Shown here piece by piece: positions 18,464 to 30,593 of a stretch of DNA of 35,744 nucleotides. The position numbers and the translations under genes are program-made. Origin of the DNA: an uncultured Prevotella sp. (lineage in GTDB: Bacteria; Bacteroidota; Bacteroidia; Bacteroidales; Bacteroidaceae); the NCBI GenBank assembly GCA_900542795.1, contig UQPD01000001.1, positions 1 through 35,744 on the forward strand, written 5' to 3'. The notes under the pieces were generated by a model. That model saw only the letters and a list, made by a program, of their open reading frames with translations. It did not search any database and was not told where the DNA came from. Numbering within the stretch: position 1 is the first letter of the stretch; each line of letters begins with the position of its first letter.

Positions 18464-18880
18464 ATGAAAACAATTCTCAGAATGCTGGCTGTTGTCAGCG
18501 CAGTGGTATGCATGGTGCTTTTTGCAGCCTCATGTAGTTCACAATCTTCACCCAAAGACGTGGCAAACCAAGCTATGGAATACATGAAGAAGGGTGACAT
18601 CGACAAGTTTCTTGACTTGCTCTACGTTACAGAAGACACAAGTGCCGAAGAAGTAGAACGTGGCAAAGCTCTAATTAAGGCGATGTTCGAAGGCAAAGCT
18701 AAAGCCCAATTGGAAAAGAAACAGGGCATTAAGAGCTACGAGGTTACCGATGAAAAAATGAATGAAGAAGGTGACCAATGCAAGGTTTACTACAAGGTGG
18801 TTTATGGTGATGGTTCTGAAAACGAAAAGACCGTTTCCACCCAAAAAGACAAAAACGGAAAATGGTGGATTAAACTATAA
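18464..18880 (+). CDS. DUF4878-like (NTF2-like) lipoprotein
   Basis: Lipobox AASC, SP-xx-VA, GIKSYEV, Y-G-D-G and K-xx-GKW near the C-terminus. Confidence 0.7.
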   Translation: MKTILRMLAVVSAVVCMVLFAASCSSQSSPKDVANQAMEYMKKGDIDKFLDLLYVTEDTSAEEVERGKALIKAMFEGKAKAQLEKKQGIKSYEVTDEKMNEEGDQCKVYYKVVYGDGSENEKTVSTQKDKNGKWWIKL

Positions 18881-18920
18881 AGAAGCCACTCCGTTAGTTT
18901 GCTAACATGAAACAAGGATG

Positions 18921-18957
18921 AAGCGGACATTTCTCTGTATTTGAGAAATGTCCGCTT
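18921..18957. terminator. Strong hairpin after the DUF4878-like gene
   Basis: Perfect 15-bp stem AAGCGGACATTTCTC / GAGAAATGTCCGCTT with a weak U-tract. Confidence 0.7.
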
Positions 18958-19029
18958 ATCATAAAAATGTTGTGTTCAATTTAATTTTATTTTGAACACC
19001 TACTTATTCTTAATAACTTTTCAATCATA

Positions 19030-19132
19030 CCAGTACCACTTTAATACCACCCTAATTGGTACTGGAGTTTCAGTTAGGTGGTACTGGAGTTTCTATCAAA
19101 TGATACTGGAGTGTTACTTAGATGGTACTGGG
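19030..19132. repeat. 22-bp-period direct repeat array with one inverted copy
   Basis: TGGTACTGGAGTTTC at 19057 and 19079, TGATACTGGAGTGTT at 19101, TGGTACTGGG at 19123, and inverted CCAGTACCA at 19030-19038. Confidence 0.8.
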
Positions 19133-19325
19133 ACAGCAATTAAATAAGATTATTGCAACACTTATATCATACGAATTAGGCAATCTAATTGATTACCGGT
19201 GTTGTTTTTATTAAAGTTCATCGAAAAACAAAGTTCCTTAAACTATTTCTATACAATATCTTGTAACATTTCAAACATTCTTTGTAATATTGCAATTGAA
19301 TAATCACAAAAACAAATAAAAAACG

Positions 19326-20288
19326 ATGAAGGATAATCTTGCTTATCGCGCTGCCGATAATCGTTACGATTTGGCAGATAAAATATATGCACGATGTGGA
19401 CGCAGTGGTGTGTTACTGCCACGCATTTCGTTAGGACTGTGGAAAGGATTTGGAGCTACACGTCCCCTAAACGAAAGTATGCGCATGATTCATTATGCCT
19501 TCGACCACGGCATTACACACTTTGACTTAGCTAATAATTACGGACCTCCGTATGGCTCGGCAGAGGAAACTTTCGGGGTTATTATGGAACAAAGCATGCG
19601 CCCTTATCGCGATGAAATGTTTATAGCAACCAAGGCTGGCTATGACATGTGGCCTGGACCTTACGGAAATTGGGGATCACGCAAATACCTAATGGCAAGT
19701 CTCGACCAAAGTTTGCAACGTATGAAACTTGACTATGTAGACTTGTTTTACTCACACCGCTACGACCCCAACACCCCACTCGATGAAACACTGCAAGCAC
19801 TGGTTGATGTGGTGCGACAAGGCAAGGCATTGTATGTGGGTATTTCGCGTTGGCCTTTAAAGGCTTTGCAATATGCAGCACAATACTTAAAGGCACACGA
19901 CGTGCCATTGCTTACCTACCAAGGACGTTTCAACTTATTGGACCGTGCGGTAGAAGACGAAGGTATTTTGCAAGAGGTAGAAAATATAGGTTGCGGATTT
20001 GTAAGTTTTTCACCGCTGGCACAAGGCTTACTAACCGAACGCTATCTACACGGAATTCCTGCCGACTCGCGCATGCGCACAGATGTTACCCTAAAGGAGT
20101 CTGCGCTCACGCCCCAACTTTTTGAACAACTCAACCAACTCAAAGCAGAGGCCGAAGCAGTAGGTCTTACTTTGCCACAATATGCCTTGCAATGGATACT
20201 CAACCACCCCACCGTTACAAGCGTAATTGTTGGAGTGAGCAAGGTTGAACAGTTAAAGGAAAATCTTGCATTGTTAACAGATAATTAG
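19326..20288 (+). CDS. Aldo/keto reductase (YghZ/Gpr-like)
   Basis: CGRSGVLLPRISLGLW, GITHFDLANNYGPP-x-GSAE, TKAGYDMWPGPYG and FSPLAQGLLT. Confidence 0.9.
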   Translation: MKDNLAYRAADNRYDLADKIYARCGRSGVLLPRISLGLWKGFGATRPLNESMRMIHYAFDHGITHFDLANNYGPPYGSAEETFGVIMEQSMRPYRDEMFIATKAGYDMWPGPYGNWGSRKYLMASLDQSLQRMKLDYVDLFYSHRYDPNTPLDETLQALVDVVRQGKALYVGISRWPLKALQYAAQYLKAHDVPLLTYQGRFNLLDRAVEDEGILQEVENIGCGFVSFSPLAQGLLTERYLHGIPADSRMRTDVTLKESALTPQLFEQLNQLKAEAEAVGLTLPQYALQWILNHPTVTSVIVGVSKVEQLKENLALLTDN

Positions 20289-20293
20289 GTTAG

Positions 20294-20338
20294 CGCACGA
20301 AACATTGATAATTCAATCAATGTTTCGTGCGAAAAAAA
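20294..20338. terminator. Perfect 16-bp hairpin after the AKR gene
   Basis: CGCACGAAACATTGAT / ATCAATGTTTCGTGCG, followed by A7 rather than a U-tract, so it is atypical as a terminator. Confidence 0.6.
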
Positions 20339-20438
20339 GTGGATTTTGAACACCCTAACAAATAATCCCCAATAACAAACTTTCTTACTTAAACCATGTT
20401 TTGTCGCAGAAAGCACGTAGTATTCACAAAAAAATTAC

Positions 20439-20446
20439 TACTTTTG
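20439..20446 (+). promoter_or_regulatory. Primary-sigma -7 box of serS
   Basis: TACTTTTG(C) about 30 nt upstream of the serS ATG. Confidence 0.7.
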
Positions 20447-20477
20447 CGGTCAAACAACGAAAAAAAGAAAGAAAGCT

Positions 20478-21752
20478 ATGCTTACTATCAAACAAATCAC
20501 TGACGATAAAGAAGCCGTAATTCGCGGCTTAGAGAAGAAACATTTTAAGGGAGCACGCGAGGCTATCGACCAAGTGCTCGCCTACGACAATAAGCGCAAA
20601 GAGGCTCAGGGTGAGCTCGACAGCCTCAATGCTCAAGTTAAGGTGCTCTCAAAGAGCATTGGTGGCTTGATGAAAGAAGGCAAAAAGGAAGAGGCTGAAG
20701 AAGCTAAGAAACAAGTTGCTGACATCAAGGTAAGAAGCAAGGAACTTGAAGAAATCATGAAGCAGGCTGACGAGGACAAGCGCAATTTGCTCTACACCAT
20801 TCCTAACGTCCCCTACGACATTGTTCCCGAAGGTACTTGTGCTGAAGACAACTTGGTGGTAAAAACTGGCGGTCATGACACAGTATTGCCTAAAGACGCT
20901 CTTCCCCACTGGGAATTGGCAAAGAAATATAACCTCATCGACTTCGACTTAGGTGTGAAAATCTCAGGTGCCGGTTTCCCCGTTTATATTGGCATGGGTG
21001 CTCGTTTGCAGCGTGCTTTAATCAACTTCTTCCTCGATGAAGCTCGCAAGGCTGGCTACACTGAAATTATGCCTCCCACCGTGGTTAACGCAGCTTCAGG
21101 TTTTGGCACAGGTCAGTTGCCCGATAAGGAAGGTCAGATGTATCACTGCGAGGTAGACGATCTCTATCTTATCCCCACAGCTGAGGTTCCTGTAACCAAC
21201 ATCTACCGCGATGTTATTTTGAACGAGGATCAACTCCCCATCAAGAACTGCGCTTACACACAGTGTTTCCGTCGTGAAGCTGGTAGCTATGGTAAAGATG
21301 TTCGCGGTTTGAACCGTTTACACGAGTTTTCAAAGATTGAAATTGTACGCATTGACACACCCGAACACTCCGAGCAATCACACCAAGAGATGTTGGCTCA
21401 CGTAGAAGGTTTGTTGCAGAAGCTTGAATTGCCCTACCGCATTCTTCGCCTTTGCGGTGGCGACATGAGCTTTACTTCTTCAATTTGCTACGACTTTGAG
21501 GTTTACAGCGAAGCACAAAAGCGTTGGTTGGAAGTAAGTTCAGTTTCAAACTTCGACACCTACCAAGCCAATCGTTTACAATGCCGCTATCGTGGTGCTG
21601 ACAAGAAGATACAGCTTTGCCACACACTCAATGGTTCAGCACTTGCATTGCCCCGCATCGTTGCAGCCTTGCTCGAAGACTTCCAAACTCCTGAAGGTAT
21701 CCGCATTCCTAAGGCTCTTCAACCTTACATGGGTTGCGACATGATTAAGTAA
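20478..21752 (+). CDS. serS: Serine--tRNA ligase
   Basis: N-terminal coiled coil, YLIPTAEVP, CFRREAGSYGKDVRGL-x-R-x-HEF-x-K-x-E, EVSSVSN and HTLNGSALA. Confidence 0.97.
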   Translation: MLTIKQITDDKEAVIRGLEKKHFKGAREAIDQVLAYDNKRKEAQGELDSLNAQVKVLSKSIGGLMKEGKKEEAEEAKKQVADIKVRSKELEEIMKQADEDKRNLLYTIPNVPYDIVPEGTCAEDNLVVKTGGHDTVLPKDALPHWELAKKYNLIDFDLGVKISGAGFPVYIGMGARLQRALINFFLDEARKAGYTEIMPPTVVNAASGFGTGQLPDKEGQMYHCEVDDLYLIPTAEVPVTNIYRDVILNEDQLPIKNCAYTQCFRREAGSYGKDVRGLNRLHEFSKIEIVRIDTPEHSEQSHQEMLAHVEGLLQKLELPYRILRLCGGDMSFTSSICYDFEVYSEAQKRWLEVSSVSNFDTYQANRLQCRYRGADKKIQLCHTLNGSALALPRIVAALLEDFQTPEGIRIPKALQPYMGCDMIK

Positions 21753-21774
21753 ACTACTACTAAAACATGAGAAT

Positions 21775-21841
21775 GTGCTAATGCGCTGCGGCAATCTAAC
21801 GTTTTTAACAGACAAACTTATTGCCGCAGCGTCATTAGCAC
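21775..21841. other. Long stem-loop between serS and ruvX
   Basis: GTGCTAATG-CGCTGCGGCAAT (21775-21795) pairs with ATTGCCGCAGCG-T-CATTAGCAC (21820-21841); 24-nt loop, no clear U-tract. Confidence 0.65.
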
Positions 21842-21873
21842 ACTCGTATTTTAGCACATAAAAAGAAAACACT

Positions 21874-22329
21874 ATGCGCCTTCTATCCATTGACTACGGA
21901 AAAAAACGAACGGGCATTGCAGTGACAGATCCAGCGCAAATCATTGCCAACGGACTAACTACGGTAGACACGCAAGACTTGCTAAAATTCTTGATTGACT
22001 ACGTGGAACGCGAGCCAGTGGAAAGGTTTGTGGTGGGACTACCCACTCAACCCAATGGTCAACCAAGCGAAAACCAAGCGCGTGTACTGAAATTTACAGA
22101 AAAGCTCAAAAAGGCTTTGCCTCAAATACCTATTGAGTTTTACGACGAACGCTTTACTTCTGTTCTTGCTCATCGTGCCATTATGGATAGTGGCATTGGC
22201 AAAAAACGCCGACAAAACGATAAAGGATTGGTTGACGAAATTAGCGCTTGCATTATTCTGCAAAACTATATGGAAGGACATTCGGCACAAAATAATATGC
22301 CCGACCTCCCTCCCATGCCTAATTGGTAA
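21874..22329 (+). CDS. ruvX: YqgF/RuvX family nuclease (pre-16S rRNA processing)
   Basis: IDYGKKRTGIAVTD, VVGLP, DERFTS and VDEISA-x-IILQ. Confidence 0.92.
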   Translation: MRLLSIDYGKKRTGIAVTDPAQIIANGLTTVDTQDLLKFLIDYVEREPVERFVVGLPTQPNGQPSENQARVLKFTEKLKKALPQIPIEFYDERFTSVLAHRAIMDSGIGKKRRQNDKGLVDEISACIILQNYMEGHSAQNNMPDLPPMPNW

Positions 22330-22472
22330 TTTTTTTTGGAATGCCTTTCTCTATATATAATAGGTTGCAATTTTAAAATACACTCCTATATATATAGGTA
22401 GCTAATTCAAAAAATTCTCCCAAAGATAGTTTAGTGTGCAAATTCAAAACCTCCGCAACAACAATTAAATAA

Positions 22473-23033
22473 ATGATTCTCCCCATCTATACTTACGGTA
22501 TGCCCGTTCTTCGTAAAGAAGCAGAAGACATTACCCCCGACTATCCCGAACTGAAGGAACTAATTGCCAACATGTTCGAAACCATGTACCACAGCGATGG
22601 TGTTGGATTAGCAGCACCACAAATTGGCAAAGCCATCCGCGTGGTAGTAATTACGCTCGATCCCCTAAAGGAAGATTTTCCTGAATACGCCGACTTTAAC
22701 AAGGCATATATCAATCCACACATTTTGGAATTTGACGACTCAAAAACCGAGTCAATGGACGAAGGTTGCTTGAGTTTGCCTGGTATCAACGAACCCGTAC
22801 GCCGTCCCACACGCATCCACGTAAAATATATGGATGAAGACTTCAACGAACACGACGAATGGGTTGAAGGTTTCTTGGCTCGCGTAATGCAACATGAGTT
22901 CGACCACTTAGATGGTCATCTCTTTATTGACCGCATATCGCCCCTTCGCAAACAAATGATTCGCAGCAAATTGGGTCAAATGCTGAAAGGCAAATTCCGT
23001 TGCGCTTACAAAGTGAAAAGCCCTAAGAAGTAA
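22473..23033 (+). CDS. def: Peptide deformylase
   Basis: [15 protein letters not shown] and QHEFDHLDG. Confidence 0.97.
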   Translation: MILPIYTYGMPVLRKEAEDITPDYPELKELIANMFETMYHSDGVGLAAPQIGKAIRVVVITLDPLKEDFPEYADFNKAYINPHILEFDDSKTESMDEGCLSLPGINEPVRRPTRIHVKYMDEDFNEHDEWVEGFLARVMQHEFDHLDGHLFIDRISPLRKQMIRSKLGQMLKGKFRCAYKVKSPKK

Positions 23034-23044
23034 TCTTCACAAAA

Positions 23045-25033
23045 ATGTCCTTTAAACTCCCCCTACATATTACGGCACAAAGGCATTGCTTTAAACTCAA
23101 AGCAAGCCTCTGTGCCGTAGTCTGTTTTTTAGCCCTACTACCCCTACGTGTGTCAGCACAGATTGATGCTGAGACTGTTACCAACATGGGGCGTAATGCC
23201 TTGAGTGTGGACGACTACCTCACCGCCATTCATTATTTTAACCAGGCCATTGAGAGCAAGCCCTATTTGGCATCGCCCTACTACTACCGAGCATATGCCA
23301 AATTTACACTCGAGGACTACCGCGGTGCCGAAACTGACTGTAACAAAAGCATTGAACTCAATCCCTTCATTGCTGAGGTTTATCAGTTGCGTGGACTTTG
23401 CCGCGTACACACCGAGGACTTTAAAGGTGCCATTGCCGACTACACAAAAACGCTTAAAGAGAAACCCGACGACCAAGCCTCGCGCTACAACCGCGCCCTG
23501 TGCTACATGCAACTCAAGCAATACGACAATGCCGACAAAGACTTACAGTTTATACTCAAAAAATGGCCCAAAAACTACCGTACCTATTTGGTAAAAGCAC
23601 AAAGTTTGCTCGAACAAAAAGATACCCTAAAAGCCATGGAATGGGTTGACCAACTGCTCAGTAAAAATCCACGCGAGGGCAGTGCTTGGAGTTTTAAAGG
23701 ACGCTACGAACTGAGCAAAGAACACTACGCATTAGCAGACTCGTGCTTAACACAAGCCATTCTCTACCAGCCCAACGACTTTGAACTCTACATAGCTCGT
23801 GCGCAAGCTCGCCACGCTCTGGGCAAATTTGGATTAGCCATTAACGACTACGACCAAACCATCACCTTGCAGCCCAATCACTTTGTGGCACACTACAATC
23901 GTGGTTTGCTACGTTCGTTTGTAGGTGATTTAAACCGAGCCATTGAGGACTTTGACTTTGTTATAAAAACAGAGCCCAACAACACATTAGCACGCTACAA
24001 CCGCGCCCAACTACGTCAGCAAGTAGGCAACTACAAAGGTGCCATTGCCGACTACACCAAGCTTATTAAAGCTTATCCCAACTTTATGTACGGCTACTTG
24101 CAACGTGCTGAATTGCGCCGCAAAATTGGAGACATACGTGGTGCACAAAACGATGAAACAGTAGTGGCACGTCGCAACCTCGACCTTACCTTTGGTCGTG
24201 CACGTCCACTGCAACGCACCAAGGTACGTCTACGCTCCGACCATGAGTTAGATAAATACCAACAACTTGTGCAAGAAAATGCAGACACAGCACGCAATGT
24301 GTTTGGCAACTTCTACGGCAAAGTGCAAAATGAGAAAGTAGAAGCCGACTTGTTACCCATGTACGCCCCAGCCTTTGCCAACATTCAGTTGCACGGATAC
24401 CGTTCGGTAGGTTTTATGACAGAAATGAACCGCTACAAGCATGCCAACACCTCGTATAGAGCTTACATGCTCACAGCCAACATTGAAACAGGCAGTGCAC
24501 AGAATGCTGAAAGCGATGCACGACAATACGAACGTACCGAGCAACAATGTTCCGTTCTGGAGCGATTACTCATTCAGTCATCTATAGCCTTGGCAAAATA
24601 CGACTACACCTCAGCACTCAACGAGGCAAACCAAGCTGTGCAGACCGACTCCACCTCGGTAGTAGCACTGCTGCAACGCAGCAACGTGTTAATGCGTAAG
24701 GCGAATGCCACGAACACCGAGGCTACCATGCGCGATGCCTACTTACAAATGGCTATTGCAGGACTCAAAACGGCAGAGCGCTTAGCACCCACCAACGCCT
24801 ATGTAGCTTACAACATGGGCTGCGCTTTAGCAAGCAAGCATAGTACGCAAGCAGCCATCGATGCCTTTACACAAGCCCTTCAGCTTGACGAGCGTTTGCC
24901 CGAAGCCTACTACAACCGTGCCTTGCTCTACGTCCAACTCAACCAAAAGGAAAAGGCTTATGCCGACTTGAGCCGCGCAGGTCAATTAGGACTTTACAAG
25001 GCTTATGCCCTTATTAAACAAATAAAACAATAA
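23045..25033 (+). CDS. Secreted tetratricopeptide-repeat protein
   Basis: Many TPR units (A-xx-DY-xx-AI-x-L-x-P, YYNRA) after a hydrophobic signal-like segment. The start is uncertain. Confidence 0.85.
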   Translation: MSFKLPLHITAQRHCFKLKASLCAVVCFLALLPLRVSAQIDAETVTNMGRNALSVDDYLTAIHYFNQAIESKPYLASPYYYRAYAKFTLEDYRGAETDCNKSIELNPFIAEVYQLRGLCRVHTEDFKGAIADYTKTLKEKPDDQASRYNRALCYMQLKQYDNADKDLQFILKKWPKNYRTYLVKAQSLLEQKDTLKAMEWVDQLLSKNPREGSAWSFKGRYELSKEHYALADSCLTQAILYQPNDFELYIARAQARHALGKFGLAINDYDQTITLQPNHFVAHYNRGLLRSFVGDLNRAIEDFDFVIKTEPNNTLARYNRAQLRQQVGNYKGAIADYTKLIKAYPNFMYGYLQRAELRRKIGDIRGAQNDETVVARRNLDLTFGRARPLQRTKVRLRSDHELDKYQQLVQENADTARNVFGNFYGKVQNEKVEADLLPMYAPAFANIQLHGYRSVGFMTEMNRYKHANTSYRAYMLTANIETGSAQNAESDARQYERTEQQCSVLERLLIQSSIALAKYDYTSALNEANQAVQTDSTSVVALLQRSNVLMRKANATNTEATMRDAYLQMAIAGLKTAERLAPTNAYVAYNMGCALASKHSTQAAIDAFTQALQLDERLPEAYYNRALLYVQLNQKEKAYADLSRAGQLGLYKAYALIKQIKQ

Positions 25034-25128
25034 GTTGGAGTAGGTTTTTAAATTATCATATCAATACAGAAAAGCCTCTGTTTATTTGAACACCTACTCA
25101 AAACATCCTAATAATCAATTCCTAATAA

Positions 25129-28290
<3,162 letters not shown>

Positions 28291-28302
28291 TTTAGACCCC
28301 AT

Positions 28303-28348
28303 AAAAAATAATTGGATAGCGTTTCACTGCGCTATCCAATTATTTTTT
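28303..28348. terminator. Bidirectional Rho-independent terminator after lacZ
   Basis: AAAAAATAATTGGATAGCG / CGCTATCCAATTATTTTTT. Confidence 0.85.
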
Positions 28349-28412
28349 TATACCCCCATTTTGTCCTCTATAATCAAACACCCGGGTTTACGGGTGACTT
28401 CTATTTACCAAC

Positions 28413-28455
28413 AAAAAAGCACTTGAAACTCTTGTAAAGTTCCAAGTGCTTTTTT
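28413..28455 (-). terminator. Terminator of the ffs-tRNA operon
   Basis: AAAAAAGCACTTG...CAAGTGCTTTTTT directly 3' of tRNA-Thr(CGT). Confidence 0.8.
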
Positions 28456-28456
28456 G

Positions 28457-28529
28457 AGCCGAAAGCGGGACTCGAACCCGCGACCTATTCATTACGAATG
28501 AATTGCTCTACCAACTGAGCTATTTCGGC
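28457..28529 (-). tRNA. tRNA-Thr (anticodon CGT)
   Basis: Reverse complement GCCGAAATAGCTCAGTTGGTAGAGCAATTCATTCGTAATGAATAGGTCGCGGGTTCGAGTCCCGCTTTCGGCT folds as a cloverleaf; CCA is not encoded. Confidence 0.95.
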
Positions 28530-28543
28530 TGAGCATTTTTGAG

Positions 28544-28617
28544 AGCCTCTTGTCGGATTCGAACCAACGACCCCGAGATTACAAATCACGTGCTCTGGCC
28601 AACTGAGCTAAAGAGGC
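28544..28617 (-). tRNA. tRNA-Thr (anticodon TGT)
   Basis: Reverse complement GCCTCTTTAGCTCAGTTGGCCAGAGCACGTGATTTGTAATCTCGGGGTCGTTGGTTCGAATCCGACAAGAGGCT. Confidence 0.95.
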
Positions 28618-28618
28618 G

Positions 28619-28719
28619 GGTGGGTAAGCTAACTGCATCGCGTCGCTACAACCTGTTACCTTTGCTGCGGTCAAGCCCTGGAGGATTCACAGGGAGCTGA
28701 CCGTGCAGCACTTACCCAT
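28619..28719 (-). ncRNA. ffs: Signal recognition particle RNA (small bacterial SRP RNA)
   Basis: About 100-nt rod with paired ends TGGGTAAG / CTTACCCA and a helix-8-like core CAGG-GCTTGACCGC-AGCAAAGGTAA. Confidence 0.82.
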
Positions 28720-28783
28720 GTAATAAATAGCAAATCGGAAACGTTTCCTTATTTAAAAGGCATCCCTTTCGTTTTTGCGAGTG

Positions 28784-28791
28784 CAAAGATA
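28784..28791 (-). promoter_or_regulatory. Primary-sigma -7 box of the ffs-tRNA operon
   Basis: TATCTTTG(CA) on the minus strand. Confidence 0.75.
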
Positions 28792-28853
28792 GTTTTTTAT
28801 TTTTACCGCACCAAATAAAAGTACGTTTTTTTACCATCTTCATTACAAATTCA

Positions 28854-30335
28854 TCAGAAGTCTACTTTCAAGCCCAATGAGAGGAGTTCGTTAAACTCAA
28901 AGTTCGACTGATCTTTGTTACGTTTGCGGCTATCATCAAAGCGCGGATAAAGGAAGATGCGTGCCGAAAGATAGCGGTTGATAGAGAAGTTAAAGGTATT
29001 TTCCCACTCCACTTGTGTCGACGAGTAGTCAGTAAAGTAGTAAATACGTCCCGACCATCGCACATTTTTAAAGATATCCCAAGTGTAGTTAGCGGTAATA
29101 TTCGAACCATATTCCCACTTAGTATGTTTTCCCTCGTCCAAACCAAACGAAGTGACGAGTGAAGAACGCCCCACATATTTAAGTTTCACAGCAACGGGCG
29201 AAAGTGTTGCATTCACGTTAAATCGATTATTCTTGGTGCGATACTGATAGTCCATACCAACAGAGAGCAACGACTCAAAAGGCGACATAAAGTCGGAGTA
29301 AACCTTTTTATCGTTCGCTTTATAACCTTTGTAAAACTGCGTCCAGCTTTGCAACATCACCGTGTAATACCAATGTTTCACGGCTCGCAAACCCAATTTA
29401 TTGGTTAAACGCAACAAGTCGGAGTTGGTTTTATATTTATGTTCATCATCGTTATGTGAAGTTTGAAAACCAAGCTTCATTTCAAGTTTATTGTCAAAGG
29501 TTATCTTTTGGCGATTATTAAAGTTCGCCTGCAAAATGGTTTCAGCCAAGAGCGCATTGTGACTTTCACCGCCTTTATACCAGTTATCTGAAACATAGTT
29601 CTGAGTAAACTGCAGCGAAAAATTGGTTTTGAAAGTCCAAAAATTTGGTTTTGTGGCTACAATATTCCAATCGCCTTCGTTCCCCATTATAATAGGAGTA
29701 ACCTCTTCGGTTTGAGCAATGGGACCTGGAGTAAATTCAGACTTGGGAGAATCGAGTTTTTTTTCGAGATTGCGCTGACTAACATTACTCAAGTTAAGAG
29801 CTTGCGCTGGATGTTGCAAACAAGCAGTGGCAAGCAACACATCGGTTATCGACTGCATGGTGCGCAAGTAAGAGTAAGACCCTGAAGCACTGAAAAGAGA
29901 GGCAAAAGCAGGCGAAAGCGCAAAGTCACTGCCTACGTAAGGAGCATGCGAGACTGCTGAGGGCAACACAAAAAGGCGATGTGTAAGCGCAGGATAAAGC
30001 GCTGGATTACCCACTATGGTAGCAAAATAAGGATCGTCCAAGGCAGAGGGCGTGGCTGACGAAATCATCAAATCACCCTGCGCAACAGAATCCAAAGGGG
30101 CTTGCTGGCGAGCAAGGCGTCCCAATAAGTCGAGCTTAGCTAAAGTACTGTCGCACAAAATTTGTTGTGGTGTGAGGGAAACATGTTCTTGTTCCACCGC
30201 AACGGTGTGGCGCACCTTGGCTGTGCGCGATCGATGAGACTGCGCCATCGCAGACAATCCCATCATAGATAGCACGAGCATAAGTAGCTGAAAGCAACTT
30301 ACCAAGTTATATTTGTTATGAAATATATGTTTCAT
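28854..30335 (-). CDS. DUF3078-domain outer-membrane beta-barrel protein
   Basis: Signal peptide, Q-xx-SDNWYKGG, alternating beta-strand pattern, WENTFNF-x-IN-x-YLS and terminal Phe. Confidence 0.75.
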   Translation of the reverse strand: MKHIFHNKYNLVSCFQLLMLVLSMMGLSAMAQSHRSRTAKVRHTVAVEQEHVSLTPQQILCDSTLAKLDLLGRLARQQAPLDSVAQGDLMISSATPSALDDPYFATIVGNPALYPALTHRLFVLPSAVSHAPYVGSDFALSPAFASLFSASGSYSYLRTMQSITDVLLATACLQHPAQALNLSNVSQRNLEKKLDSPKSEFTPGPIAQTEEVTPIIMGNEGDWNIVATKPNFWTFKTNFSLQFTQNYVSDNWYKGGESHNALLAETILQANFNNRQKITFDNKLEMKLGFQTSHNDDEHKYKTNSDLLRLTNKLGLRAVKHWYYTVMLQSWTQFYKGYKANDKKVYSDFMSPFESLLSVGMDYQYRTKNNRFNVNATLSPVAVKLKYVGRSSLVTSFGLDEGKHTKWEYGSNITANYTWDIFKNVRWSGRIYYFTDYSSTQVEWENTFNFSINRYLSARIFLYPRFDDSRKRNKDQSNFEFNELLSLGLKVDF

Positions 30336-30360
30336 CCAATAAAAAGCATTTGTTTTGGCG

Positions 30361-30368
30361 CGAAGTTA
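30361..30368 (-). promoter_or_regulatory. Near-consensus -7 box of the DUF3078 gene
   Basis: TAACTTCG(CG) on the minus strand, about 25 nt upstream of the ATG. Confidence 0.5.
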
Positions 30369-30593
30369 CGCATTTATTCTGCAAATTCCTTGGTCAAGTC
30401 AATATAATACCATATTTTTGAGCGATTTTTTGCGAAAACTAAGCATTATTCCTTGCTTACGCGCCTAATAGATAGGCTTGAAGGGGCTTTTTCAGCAAAA
30501 CGTCACTCCTATACTTATCAAACAAATCACACCTATATATAATAAGGGCATTCAACAAATAAAAAGCGATTGCCCACATAAATCACTGATACG

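Noticed and set aside
19057..19132. Possible CRISPR array
   Set aside because: The period is only 22 bp with linkers of about 7 nt, far too short for repeat-spacer units, and there are no cas genes.
23423..24057. Exact 23-nt repeat AAAGGTGCCATTGCCGACTACAC (23423 and 24035) in the TPR gene
   Set aside because: Explained by identical TPR consensus peptides (KGAIADYT) in the same frame.
28291..28456. Integrated element at the tRNA-Thr 3' end
   Set aside because: No integrase and no duplicated tRNA 3' end were seen; terminators and lacZ follow directly.
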